Assembly (NCBI GenBank): GCA_030616085.1
Contig: JAUWYA010000001.1
Coordinates: forward strand, 8,692-72,691
DNA: 64,000 bases
From: Candidatus Nealsonbacteria bacterium
GTDB taxonomy: Bacteria; Patescibacteriota; Minisyncoccia; Minisyncoccales; GWA2-38-27
Direction of reading: 5' to 3'
Positions 50,035 to 59,029 of the stretch are shown here, one piece after another. The notes below the pieces were generated by a model, which was given only the letters and a program-made list of their open reading frames with translations, searched no databases and had not been told where the DNA came from. A program made the position numbers and the translations under genes. The first letter of the stretch is position 1; every line of letters begins with the position of its first letter.

Positions 50035-51858
50035 ATGAAAATAAAAAAGAAAATTTTAATTGTTTATTTAGCCATACTTTTAGCTGTCTTAATTGGATTG
50101 GGTAATTTTTTTGAAGTTTGGTCAGAAAGCCAATCAGAAATTGATAAAGCTATAAACTATCTTAAAGCTCAGCCTCAAACCGCCTGGGCCACTATGGCTT
50201 TGGCCGGAGCTGGAGAAACCGAGATTGATTTAAATCATCTAAAATCTGTTCCTTCTGGCCAAGAGTCAGCTACTACCTATGCAAAGTATATTTTAGCTTT
50301 AGTAGCAGTTGGCAAGAATCCCTCTAATTTTGGAGATGAAAATTATGTAGAGAAACTAAAAAGTTTTTATCAAGATGGGCAATTCGGTGAGAAAAATTTT
50401 ATTAATGATGATATTTGGGCAATTTTAGCCTTGGCTTCAATTGGTCAGAAAAATTTAGCAATAGTTCAGGATGCCAAAGATTATATTTTGAGCTATCAAA
50501 ATTCAGACGGAGGATGGAGTTATGATATTTCTTTTTCCTCTTCTGATACCAATGATACTGCTGCTGCCATTATGGCCCTGCTTGAAGCAGGAGTTTCTTC
50601 TTCTTCATCAGCTATCCAGAATTCTATTAGTTTTTTGAAATCTCAACAAAATGATGATGGTGGATTTTCTTATCTTGCAGATTCGCTTTCCGATTCTTGC
50701 TCTGATGCCTGGGTAATTTCAGCTATTTATAAATTGGGACAGGATCCTTTCAGCTCAAATTGGACAAAAAATGGGAAAAACGCTTTAGACCATCTCAAAT
50801 CTTTACAAGATGAAGATGGCGGTTTCTGGTGGCAATCTGAAGGGGATAACAAATTTTGCAGTTCTTATGCTTTGGTTTCCTTATTAATGAAGTATTATCC
50901 GATTGAAACAATTTATAATAAGCATCACTTAAGAATTGAAGATCAGGATAGCACTATTTGTGATACTGAGATTAATGGCGGCACTGCTATGGATTTGATA
51001 ATTAGAGGTTCGGAGATATGTAATTACGATTACTTAATTAGTGAGTATCCTGGAATAGGTCTTTATTTGGCAGAAATAAATGGTCAGGCCAACTGGATGT
51101 ATATGGTAAACAATATTTCTCCTATGATAGGAGCAGATAGCTATTACTTAGAAACTGGAGATGAGGTTTTATGGTTTTCTGGAGCATGGTTAGAGAAAGG
51201 TTGGTTTCCAACTAAGCTTGAATTATTTAAAACCGAAAATTTAGCCACTTTTCAAGTAAAATATTACGATTCCGCAGCTAATAATTGGCAAAATTTAGAA
51301 ATACAAGGAATAAAAGTAAAGATTGGCGAGTCAGAATTTATTACTAATGATACAGGACAAATTGAAGTTTCTTTAACAGGTTTAGAAGCTGGTTTTTATC
51401 AGGTATTTGTTGAAACCCAGATTATTGATGAAAAAGGTTATATTAGAAGTGAAAAAGTAAATTTAACAACTGGAGAAGTTCCTAAAGAACATGGAGTGGG
51501 ATTAAAAGTAGAGATTGAAAAAATAGAAGTTCCTCCTGGAGGAGAACAAGAAGCAATTAGTTTTTCAGTAAGTTCAGATAGTTTGGATTTCGGAAAATTA
51601 AAACCAGGAGAAAGCTCTACTCAAAATTTGACCATTGACAATGGAGAGAGTAGAATTTATTTAGAAGCGGAAGTAAATGGAGCTAGTGTTTTTCAAGACA
51701 ATTTAGAAATAGATGAAAAATTTTGGCAATTTTTCTCAACTGAAATTGAGAAAAACCAAGAGAAGTCTTTCCCAGTCAAATTAACTATCCCATTTAATTA
51801 TGATGGAGATTTTGGCCAACAAGAGGGGGAATTAACTTTTTGGGCAATTAAAAAATGA
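50035..51858 (+). CDS. Surface protein with prenyltransferase/squalene-oxidase-like repeats plus DUF4430-like domain (putative B12-binding)
   Basis: YQNSDGGW, QQNDDGGF, LQDEDGGF repeats; WMYMVNN.SP.IGADSY.L..GDEVLW. Confidence 0.75.
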   Translation: MKIKKKILIVYLAILLAVLIGLGNFFEVWSESQSEIDKAINYLKAQPQTAWATMALAGAGETEIDLNHLKSVPSGQESATTYAKYILALVAVGKNPSNFGDENYVEKLKSFYQDGQFGEKNFINDDIWAILALASIGQKNLAIVQDAKDYILSYQNSDGGWSYDISFSSSDTNDTAAAIMALLEAGVSSSSSAIQNSISFLKSQQNDDGGFSYLADSLSDSCSDAWVISAIYKLGQDPFSSNWTKNGKNALDHLKSLQDEDGGFWWQSEGDNKFCSSYALVSLLMKYYPIETIYNKHHLRIEDQDSTICDTEINGGTAMDLIIRGSEICNYDYLISEYPGIGLYLAEINGQANWMYMVNNISPMIGADSYYLETGDEVLWFSGAWLEKGWFPTKLELFKTENLATFQVKYYDSAANNWQNLEIQGIKVKIGESEFITNDTGQIEVSLTGLEAGFYQVFVETQIIDEKGYIRSEKVNLTTGEVPKEHGVGLKVEIEKIEVPPGGEQEAISFSVSSDSLDFGKLKPGESSTQNLTIDNGESRIYLEAEVNGASVFQDNLEIDEKFWQFFSTEIEKNQEKSFPVKLTIPFNYDGDFGQQEGELTFWAIKK

Positions 51859-51859
51859 G

Positions 51860-51940
51860 CCCCGTTAGAAATCCAAAAAAGATTCTAAAGGGGAAATATT
51901 ATGCTTCAAAAACTCAGAAATTCTAAAATTTCTAACGGGG
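51860..51940. mobile_element. Family A element, 81 bp, in an ATGA stop/start overlap
   Basis: CCCCGTTAGAAAT/ATTTCTAACGGGG; TGAG on both flanks; internal GGGG plus in-frame ATG at 51901. Confidence 0.9.
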
Positions 51941-52485
51941 TGAGAAAAATTCTATTAATCTTAATAATAATTTCTTTTTTAGCTGCTAATTCTGTTCAAG
52001 CGGTGGCAGTTAAAGTTAAGCCATCTGAAATAAAAATTGAAGCCAATGCAGGAGTTTTGATTGAACATGAAATAATAATAGAAAATCCGGGTGAAAACGT
52101 AGCTTTGTTTGAAGTTTATTTAGACAATTTTTCTGATTGGATCAAAGCAAAACCAGAAAGTTTTGTTTTAGAAAGTGGAGAAATGCAAAAAGTAATTTTA
52201 GAAATTAAAAATGAAGAGATAGGGGTCTTTTCTACTATGATTTCAGTAGTAGCTAAATCTTTATCTGAAAGGAAGTTTAAAGCCAATTCCGGAGTGAAAA
52301 TCCCCTTGGAAATTAGAGTTATTCAAAGAGAGGAATCAAATTTTTTAGCTGCTGTTTCCCAAAACATTAAAAGATTTTTGGATTCAAGGAGCTTAATTTT
52401 TGTTTTTAGCATAATTTTAGTTTTGGTTTTAGCCATAATTTGCATAAAGAGGCGTAAGAGCATATTAAAAGATGAACCCCGTTAG
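51901..52485 (+). CDS. Secreted Ig-like protein with C-terminal TM
   Basis: Signal peptide, V.P..I...IENPG pattern, C-terminal anchor; start and stop are both supplied by family A elements. Confidence 0.65.
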   Translation: MLQKLRNSKISNGVRKILLILIIISFLAANSVQAVAVKVKPSEIKIEANAGVLIEHEIIIENPGENVALFEVYLDNFSDWIKAKPESFVLESGEMQKVILEIKNEEIGVFSTMISVVAKSLSERKFKANSGVKIPLEIRVIQREESNFLAAVSQNIKRFLDSRSLIFVFSIILVLVLAIICIKRRKSILKDEPR

Positions 52486-52754
52486 AGATTAGCGATATGT
52501 TTTATACTTACGTAATACAAAGCAAAAAAGACAGAAAATGGTACACTGGCTATACTGAAGATTTACGGAAACGCTTTAATCAACATAACTCTAATGAGGT
52601 TTATTCAACAAAAAATAGAGGACCGTTTGAGCTAATTTATTATGAAGTATGTTTAAATTCACAAGATGCAAGGTCAAGAGAAAAATATTTAAAAACTGGG
52701 ATGGGAAAGCGCTATCTTAAAAATAGATTAAAGCGTTTCCTATCTCTAACGGGG
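52477..52754 (+). mobile_element. Family A element, 278 bp, carrying only a GIY-YIG nuclease gene
   Basis: 13-bp perfect TIR CCCCGTTAGAGAT/ATCTCTAACGGGG; TGAA on both flanks (52473-76, 52755-58). Confidence 0.9.
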
Positions 52755-52757
52755 TGA
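52497..52757 (+). CDS. Stand-alone GIY-YIG nuclease, 86 aa
   Basis: FYTYVI...WYTGYT.DL.KR..QHN...TK.RGPFELIYYE...A..RE.YLK. Confidence 0.92.
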   Translation: MFYTYVIQSKKDRKWYTGYTEDLRKRFNQHNSNEVYSTKNRGPFELIYYEVCLNSQDARSREKYLKTGMGKRYLKNRLKRFLSLTG

Positions 52758-53248
52758 AAAAAAATATTAAAATAATTATATGGATTGGAATATTTCTAAT
52801 TTTAGTTGCTGGAATAATTTTTACCCCGTTTAGAGATTATATGACAGGGCTAAAAAACAGAGCAGACAAATCTCTAACGGGGTTTATCTTTCAAGACAAA
52901 GTTGATCTTGAAGAGGAATCTAATAATCAAGTATTAGAAGAAAGCACAATAAGCGTAATTTTAATTATTGATTATGGCGATGGAATCTCTCAAGACTTTG
53001 ATATTGAGTTTGTTGAAGGAATGACCGCCTTTGATTTGTTAAATGATAGGGCAGAGGAATTAAGCTTGGAAACAAAAGCATATGACATTGGAATTCTTAT
53101 AGAGGCAGTTGGGGATAAAAAGAATGGACAAGATGGAAAATATTGGCTATATTATATAAATGGAGAGATGCCTATGGTTTCAGTTGATAATCTGAAAATT
53201 AACCCTGACGATAAAGTAGAATTTAAATTTGAGAAATCACCATTTTAA
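52754..53248 (+). CDS. DUF4430-domain membrane-anchored protein
   Basis: TAFDLL, GILIEAVG...NGQDGKYWLYYING, DKVEFKF; GTG start created by element end plus TSD. Confidence 0.8.
   Translation: MKKNIKIIIWIGIFLILVAGIIFTPFRDYMTGLKNRADKSLTGFIFQDKVDLEEESNNQVLEESTISVILIIDYGDGISQDFDIEFVEGMTAFDLLNDRAEELSLETKAYDIGILIEAVGDKKNGQDGKYWLYYINGEMPMVSVDNLKINPDDKVEFKFEKSPF
52824..52882. mobile_element. Family A element, 59 bp, in frame
   Basis: CCCCGTTTAGAGATT/AATCTCTAACGGGG; TTTA on both flanks. Confidence 0.9.
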
Positions 53249-53280
53249 TGTATAATAAATGTATAATAAGTGTATAATAT

Positions 53281-53826
53281 ATGTCTAAAAAATTAGAATT
53301 TGCTATTGCTATAATTTTTATTTTGGTAGGAGTTAGTTTGCGGCTTCTTCCTCATGCTCCTAATTTTGCGCCAATTGCTGCAATAGCTCTATTCGGAGGA
53401 GTTTATCTTTCAAGAAAAACAGCTCTTATTCTGCCAATAGCAGTAATGATGATTTCAGATATTTTTATTGGCAGTTATGGAATTAAATTAATGGTTTTTG
53501 TTTATGCCAGTTTTTTAATTTGCGTGCTTTTGGGTTTTTGGTTGAAAAAACATAAGAAGTGGCAAATAATCTTAGGAAGTTCTATTTTATCTGGTATTAT
53601 CTTTTTCATTTTGACTAATTTTGCTGTTTGGATTTTTACTCCCTGGTATGCTAAAACTCTTTCCGGCATAGTCCAATGTTATGCAATGGCTCTACCATTT
53701 TTCAGAAACACTTTATTGGGAAATATATTTTATGTAGGCGCGTTTTTTGGAAGTTACGAGATAATAAGAGTTTGGATTAAAAAGAAGTTTGAAAACGAAG
53801 AAAAAGCCCTTGTTCACCCCGTTTAG
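53281..53826 (+). CDS. DUF6580-like membrane transporter (ECF S-component-like, putative cobalamin uptake)
   Basis: RLLPHAPNFAPIAAIALFGG, TNFAVW, CYAMALPFFRNTL; in the riboswitch operon. Confidence 0.75.
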   Translation: MSKKLEFAIAIIFILVGVSLRLLPHAPNFAPIAAIALFGGVYLSRKTALILPIAVMMISDIFIGSYGIKLMVFVYASFLICVLLGFWLKKHKKWQIILGSSILSGIIFFILTNFAVWIFTPWYAKTLSGIVQCYAMALPFFRNTLLGNIFYVGAFFGSYEIIRVWIKKKFENEEKALVHPV

Positions 53827-53970
53827 AGAGTGTTCGACACCGAGTGTCGAACATTTCTAATGTCTAACGAAATATGAAGGTTCGACCTTCATATTTTTTT
53901 CAATCACGGGAAAAGGTCGCTCCTTGAGAAGGAGTGGAGCGAAGCGAAACGACGGGAAAGGTGCGACCTT
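53817..53970. repeat. Cluster of nested palindromes starting with a family A left end
   Basis: CCCCGTTTAGAGA; TGTTCGACAC/GTGTCGAACA; AAATATGAAGGT/ACCTTCATATTT; AAGGTCGC/GCGACCTT. Confidence 0.7.
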
Positions 53971-54025
53971 GAGGAGTGATTTGATTTTAGGTTAAAAAAG
54001 AGTTAACCTGAAAGTAGATAAATCT

Positions 54026-54403
54026 ATGAAAAAGAAATTTATAACCTTAAAAAAATATCAAAAAATTATAGAACCGGGGGAGGAATTAAGTTATGGTAAC
54101 AAGTCTCCATTTGATTCAATAAATCTTCCATCTTGCAAGGGTGTTTTTATTGCTTGGCATGGGCCACAGGTCTTAGTTAATGGTAATACTGGTACAGCTT
54201 ATGTTTGTAGATCAGATGTCAAAGATCCAAAACCTTTAAACTTTGATGTTTATTCTATCCGCCAGACTAAAGATCCGGGAATTATTGAAATCACAACTTC
54301 TCTCAAGCAAAAATATCATTGGGCAGATGATGTCCCAGATATCATGAAAGGATCTGTTCCAGAATGGGTAAAAGAGAAAATCGCGAAAATTAAAAAGATA
54401 TAG
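54026..54403 (+). CDS. Hypothetical protein
   Basis: 125-aa ORF with no recognisable motif. Confidence 0.55.
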   Translation: MKKKFITLKKYQKIIEPGEELSYGNKSPFDSINLPSCKGVFIAWHGPQVLVNGNTGTAYVCRSDVKDPKPLNFDVYSIRQTKDPGIIEITTSLKQKYHWADDVPDIMKGSVPEWVKEKIAKIKKI

Positions 54404-54481
54404 ATTGCGTTAAGCTTAGCTTAACGCAAAACTAGGCTCGGCCTCTCTAATTTAAGTTTGATACTCATTGATACCTATTGA

Positions 54482-54510
54482 CCCCGTTTAGAGATAAATC
54501 TCTAACGGGG
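54482..54510. mobile_element. Minimal family A element, 29 bp, in a TTGACA box
   Basis: CCCCGTTTAGAGATAAATCTCTAACGGGG; TTGA on both flanks; TTGACA-17-TAATAT regenerated on the right. Confidence 0.9.
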
Positions 54511-54551
54511 TTGACACCCTCTCTTGGGTGTTTTAATATGGAAGAAGAAAC

Positions 54552-54800
54552 ATGGATAAAGAAATAAAACCAAATAAAGTTTATACTACTGAAGAGGCCC
54601 AAGATTATTTAAGAGTGAGTAACAGCACTATTAAACGTTTTCTTAAAAATGGAATGATCCATGCAAATAAAGTTGGTGGAAGATATAAGATTTTAGGCAA
54701 TGAGCTTTTGAGATTAGTTTCTCCAAGAAAAGAAACCAAGGTCGAAAAAATATATTATCACATCAAAGATAGAACAAAAAAAACTATTGAGAAGTGGTAG
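54552..54800 (+). CDS. Excisionase-like helix-turn-helix (HTH_17) protein
   Basis: YTTEEAQDYLRVSNSTIKRFLKNG.I.A.KVGGRYKI. Confidence 0.85.
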   Translation: MDKEIKPNKVYTTEEAQDYLRVSNSTIKRFLKNGMIHANKVGGRYKILGNELLRLVSPRKETKVEKIYYHIKDRTKKTIEKW

Positions 54801-54812
54801 TTTTTTATTTTT

Positions 54813-55583
54813 ATGAATGATAAAAAAATAGATTTTAGCGAAAAAAGAACAAAAAATTGTGAAGAACTAATGAGGCCGGAGGTCAGGCCGCTATTGGATT
54901 TACCTTTAGACGAAAAAGTGGCCAAGTCAAAAGAAGTTATAAAAGAAGCTATAGAAAAATACCCTAAGATAGGTTTAGGATTCAGTGGCGGAACAGACAG
55001 TTTGATTTTGTTGCATTTAGTTCTCCCGCTTATTCCAAAAGATATGCCGGTTATTTTTGTAGACACCCAGCATGAGTTTCCGGAAACGTATGTCTATATT
55101 GATAAAATAATAAAAGAGTGGAATATCAAGAATTTTATTACAGTAAAAGCGGATGAAGATAAACTGCAAAAACTTATAGATAGATTTGGTCTCAAAACTC
55201 CTGAGTTTACTGAAATATGCTGTGGCTATCATAAAATAGCTCCAATGATGAAAATTATCGGAGATTTAAACCTTGATGCATTTTTTGTTGGCTTAAGAGG
55301 AGTAGAACACGAAGAAAGAGCAAAAGAATCTTTCTTTTCTCCAAGAATAAACCCAGACCATATAAGAGTTCACCCTCTTTTATTTTGGAGAAAGCCGGAT
55401 GTTATGGAGTATGTTAAAAAGAATAATATGGAGTGCAATCCTATTTATGCCAGAGGATATACTTCTCTGGGCTGTATAGTTTGCACAGAAAAAAATACTG
55501 ACCCGAATGCGCACGAAAGAGCTGGAAGAGGAGCTGTAAGAGAAGAGATTATGAAGAGATTGAGGGATCTCGGATATACCTAA
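54813..55583 (+). CDS. PAPS/APS reductase family protein
   Basis: FSGGTDS, DT..EFPETY, CC...K..P, GLR..E...R, GYTSLGC..CT, ERAGR. Confidence 0.88.
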   Translation: MNDKKIDFSEKRTKNCEELMRPEVRPLLDLPLDEKVAKSKEVIKEAIEKYPKIGLGFSGGTDSLILLHLVLPLIPKDMPVIFVDTQHEFPETYVYIDKIIKEWNIKNFITVKADEDKLQKLIDRFGLKTPEFTEICCGYHKIAPMMKIIGDLNLDAFFVGLRGVEHEERAKESFFSPRINPDHIRVHPLLFWRKPDVMEYVKKNNMECNPIYARGYTSLGCIVCTEKNTDPNAHERAGRGAVREEIMKRLRDLGYT

Positions 55584-55597
55584 TAAGTAAGTTATTT

Positions 55598-56932
55598 ATG
55601 AAGCCAAACATTATTTTAATTACTGTTGATGCCTTAAGAGCAGGTCATCTTGGCTTTATGGGTTATAAAAATAGCATAACCCCGAATATTGATAGTTTGG
55701 CAAAACAAAGTATTGTTTTTAATAATGCTTTTAGCGTAGGGCCTACTACTCCTTATTCTTTTCCCTCTATTTTAACTTCTACTTATCCTTTGGATTATCA
55801 AGGACCTAAAGAGATCAAAGCTCCAAGAGTATTTATTAGTGAGGTTTTAAAAAAACAAGGCTTTACAACCCTTGCCTTTCATTCTAGTCCTTATCTTTCA
55901 GATTATTTTGGCTATAATAAGGGCTGGGATTTTTTCCAGGATATAACTTTTCCTATGAATTCTTCTTCTTCGCAGGGTTTTTTAGGAAAACTGATTAAAA
56001 AAATACTTATTTTTGTTTCACCCAAACTTTTCTTCCGTTTAGCTTATTTAAAATATAGAATAAAAGGACCGAAAAATGTTAAAGTTAAAGCTTCGTTTGT
56101 AAATAAACTTGTAAAGGATTTTGTTTATTCTTTAAAAAACCAAGAAAAACCTTTATTTATCTGGATTCATTATATGGATACTCACACTCCTCCGCTTTGT
56201 TATTCTGAAAATAGGGTTTGTTCTTATTCAGAGCTGATTGGGGATTATGTCGGTTCAGCAGTATGGAGTTATGGCAACAAAGGAGCGTTAAAAAGATTTA
56301 TTAAGAATAATTTTAAAAAATATATCAAAGAAACAACGTCCTGTTATAATCAAGCAATTCAATACGTAGATGAGCAAATAGGGGATTTATTAAATTTTTT
56401 AAAAAAGGAGAATATTTATCAAAACTCTATTGTTTGTCTTGCTTCTGACCATGGTGATGAATTTTTAGAGCATGGAGGATTAGGCCATAACACTCAACTT
56501 TATAACGAAGTTTTGCATATTCCATTATTAATTAAAATTCCTGGATTAGAAAATAAAATAGTAAATAAAAAAGTGTCATTGATTGACTTGGCTCCAACTT
56601 TATGCGATTTAGCAGGAATAGAAACAGATGTTTTTAAGGGCAGGACCTTGTTTGGACAAAATAAAGATTATATTTTTCATCAAGCAGGTTTTTCAAAAAA
56701 ACAGGGTCATCATATAGGAATAGAGAATTTAAGCGAATGCAGGATAGCTTGTCAATCAGATGCTTGGAAATATATTTTAGATTATGATACTGGAGCAGAA
56801 GAACTTTATAATCTTTTTAAAGACCCAGGAGAACAAAATAATCTTTCTGACACGGAGGTAAAAATTCTTTTTCAAATGAGAAAAAGAATTCAAGAATTTG
56901 AGAAAAAAAATCCTTTACTTTCAAAAGTATGA
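55598..56932 (+). CDS. Sulfatase-like hydrolase/transferase
   Basis: PNIILITVDALR, TPNID, HYMDTH.P, SDHGDEF.EHG; Thr at the usual Cys/Ser position. Confidence 0.85.
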   Translation: MKPNIILITVDALRAGHLGFMGYKNSITPNIDSLAKQSIVFNNAFSVGPTTPYSFPSILTSTYPLDYQGPKEIKAPRVFISEVLKKQGFTTLAFHSSPYLSDYFGYNKGWDFFQDITFPMNSSSSQGFLGKLIKKILIFVSPKLFFRLAYLKYRIKGPKNVKVKASFVNKLVKDFVYSLKNQEKPLFIWIHYMDTHTPPLCYSENRVCSYSELIGDYVGSAVWSYGNKGALKRFIKNNFKKYIKETTSCYNQAIQYVDEQIGDLLNFLKKENIYQNSIVCLASDHGDEFLEHGGLGHNTQLYNEVLHIPLLIKIPGLENKIVNKKVSLIDLAPTLCDLAGIETDVFKGRTLFGQNKDYIFHQAGFSKKQGHHIGIENLSECRIACQSDAWKYILDYDTGAEELYNLFKDPGEQNNLSDTEVKILFQMRKRIQEFEKKNPLLSKV

Positions 56933-57909
56933 ATTTTAACAACAAAACAATTTTAATAACTGGAGGTGGAGGTTTTATCGGCACCTCTATTGCAAGAAAT
57001 TTAGTAGCCAAAGGCTTAAAAGTTAGGCTCTTTGATTTGGATTTTACTAATCATACATTATTTTTTAATAAACAAGGAAATTTTCCTGAAGTTGAAAAAG
57101 TACGAGGGAGTATTCTTGATAGCAATGCTCTTTGTAATGCAGTGAGTGGATGTGATTATGTAGTTCATCTGGCGGCAATGTTAGGAGTAAAAAAAACTGA
57201 GTTGAAAAGAGTTAGATGTTTGGATATTAATATTCTTGGTACCATAAATGTGCTTGAAGCTTGTTTAAAAGAAAAAGTAGAGAAAATTCTCTTCACTTCT
57301 TCTTCAGAGATATATGGAGAAACAGATGGAACGCCTATTAAGGAAGATTTTCCCCAAAATCCAGTTTCTATCTATGCGATAACTAAACTTGCTGGAGAAG
57401 AATATATCAAGGCGTATGCAAAGAGATATGGCTTGAAATATTCAATTATCCGCCTTTTCAATGTTTATGGACCTGCTCAGGTTGCTGAGTTTGTTATACC
57501 CCGATTTGTAAAAAGAGTTCTGAATAATAAATCTCCAATTATCTATGGAGATGGTTCCCAAATAAGGGCTTTTTGTTTTATTGAAGATGCTGTAAAAGGA
57601 ATAAGCGCGGCTTTACTAAACTCAAATAGTAACAATCAAATTTTTAATATTGGTAATAATAAAGAGCCCATATTAATGAAAAACTTAGCGAATAAAATTA
57701 TAGAAATAGCAGGGAAAAAATTAGAACCTGAATTTATTCCAATGAGTAAATCGGACCGGGATTCTTCCAGGGAAATCAAAAGAAGAATTCCTTGCATAGA
57801 TAAAGCCAGTAATTTATTAAACTATCAACCACAGATTTCTTTGGAACAAGGCGTAAGGATAATTATGCAAGCTGGTGAAATTCCTGAATCATGGGTTGAG
57901 AGTTTATAA
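56929..57909 (+). CDS. NAD-dependent epimerase/dehydratase
   Basis: TGGGGFIG, HLAA, SSSEIYG, YAITK, FNVYGP. Confidence 0.92.
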   Translation: MNFNNKTILITGGGGFIGTSIARNLVAKGLKVRLFDLDFTNHTLFFNKQGNFPEVEKVRGSILDSNALCNAVSGCDYVVHLAAMLGVKKTELKRVRCLDINILGTINVLEACLKEKVEKILFTSSSEIYGETDGTPIKEDFPQNPVSIYAITKLAGEEYIKAYAKRYGLKYSIIRLFNVYGPAQVAEFVIPRFVKRVLNNKSPIIYGDGSQIRAFCFIEDAVKGISAALLNSNSNNQIFNIGNNKEPILMKNLANKIIEIAGKKLEPEFIPMSKSDRDSSREIKRRIPCIDKASNLLNYQPQISLEQGVRIIMQAGEIPESWVESL

Positions 57910-57913
57910 AAAA

Positions 57914-59029
57914 ATGGAAAAATATATTCCATACGGACATCAATGGATAGATGATGAAGATATTAATGAAGTTGTTAAAGTTTTGAGGGGTGATTGGATA
58001 ACCCAAGGGGGGAAAATTGAAGAATTTGAAAAAGCAGTTGTTGACTATTGCGGAGCAAAATATGGCGTAGCAGTTTGTTCGGGAACAGCTGGTTTACAAG
58101 CTGCCTATTTAGCAGCTGGAATTAATTCAGGAGATGAAGTAATTGCCACTCCTTTAACTTTTGCAGCTACTGCTAATACTGTGGTTTGTTGTGGAGCTAA
58201 ACCAGTTTTCGCTGACATTGATGAAAATACATTGAATATTGATCCAGAAGAGATTAGAAAAAAAATAACAGATAGAACAAAAGCAATAGTTTCTGTTGAT
58301 TTTGCTGGTCACCCCTGTGAATACGAGGAAATTTTAGAAATTGCTAAACAAAATAATCTTTTAGTAATTGAAGATGCTTGTCATGCTTTAGGCGGGGAGT
58401 ATAAAGGGAAGAGAATTGGTAGTTTCGCTGATATGACAATTTTAAGCTTTCATCCAGTAAAAGCGATTACCACTGGAGAAGGGGGAATGGTATTAACAAA
58501 CAACAAAGAGCTTTATGAAAAATTAAAAAGAATCAGGCATCATGGAATAATAAAAAGACCAGAAAAAGGCAATTGGTATTATGAAATAGAAAGTCCAGGA
58601 TTAAATTTAAGAATTACTGATTTTCAATGCGCTTTAGGTTTGAGCCAATTAAAAAAATTAGACAAATTTATATCAAGAAGAAGAGAGATTGCAGAAATGT
58701 ATAATAACGCGTTCCAAAACATTAAAGAGATTATAATTCCCAAAGAAAAAGATTATGTAAAATCAGCCTGGCATATATATCCAATCCAAGTGCAAGGAAA
58801 TGACAGAAGAAAAGTATTTGAACATTTGCAAGAGCAGGGAATAGGTGTTCAAGTTCATTATATGCCTGTTCATCTTCATCCATTTTATAGAAAAAGATTT
58901 GGCTACAAAGAAGGGGATTTTCCAAAAGCTGAAAAATATTATCAAAGAGCAATTAGTTTGCCTCTTTTTCCAAAGATGAGCAATCAAGACGTTGAATATG
59001 TAATCCAATCAGTAGAGAAAATAATATGA
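57914..59029 (+). CDS. pseC: UDP-4-amino-sugar aminotransferase, PseC-like (DegT/DnrJ family)
   Basis: IPYGHQWID, IEDACHALG, SFHPVKAITTGEGG, VQVHY.PVH. Confidence 0.8.
   Translation: MEKYIPYGHQWIDDEDINEVVKVLRGDWITQGGKIEEFEKAVVDYCGAKYGVAVCSGTAGLQAAYLAAGINSGDEVIATPLTFAATANTVVCCGAKPVFADIDENTLNIDPEEIRKKITDRTKAIVSVDFAGHPCEYEEILEIAKQNNLLVIEDACHALGGEYKGKRIGSFADMTILSFHPVKAITTGEGGMVLTNNKELYEKLKRIRHHGIIKRPEKGNWYYEIESPGLNLRITDFQCALGLSQLKKLDKFISRRREIAEMYNNAFQNIKEIIIPKEKDYVKSAWHIYPIQVQGNDRRKVFEHLQEQGIGVQVHYMPVHLHPFYRKRFGYKEGDFPKAEKYYQRAISLPLFPKMSNQDVEYVIQSVEKII

Noticed and set aside
54552-54800. Prophage or ICE excisionase
   Set aside because: No integrase or phage genes nearby; it heads the glycan operon and is more likely a regulator.
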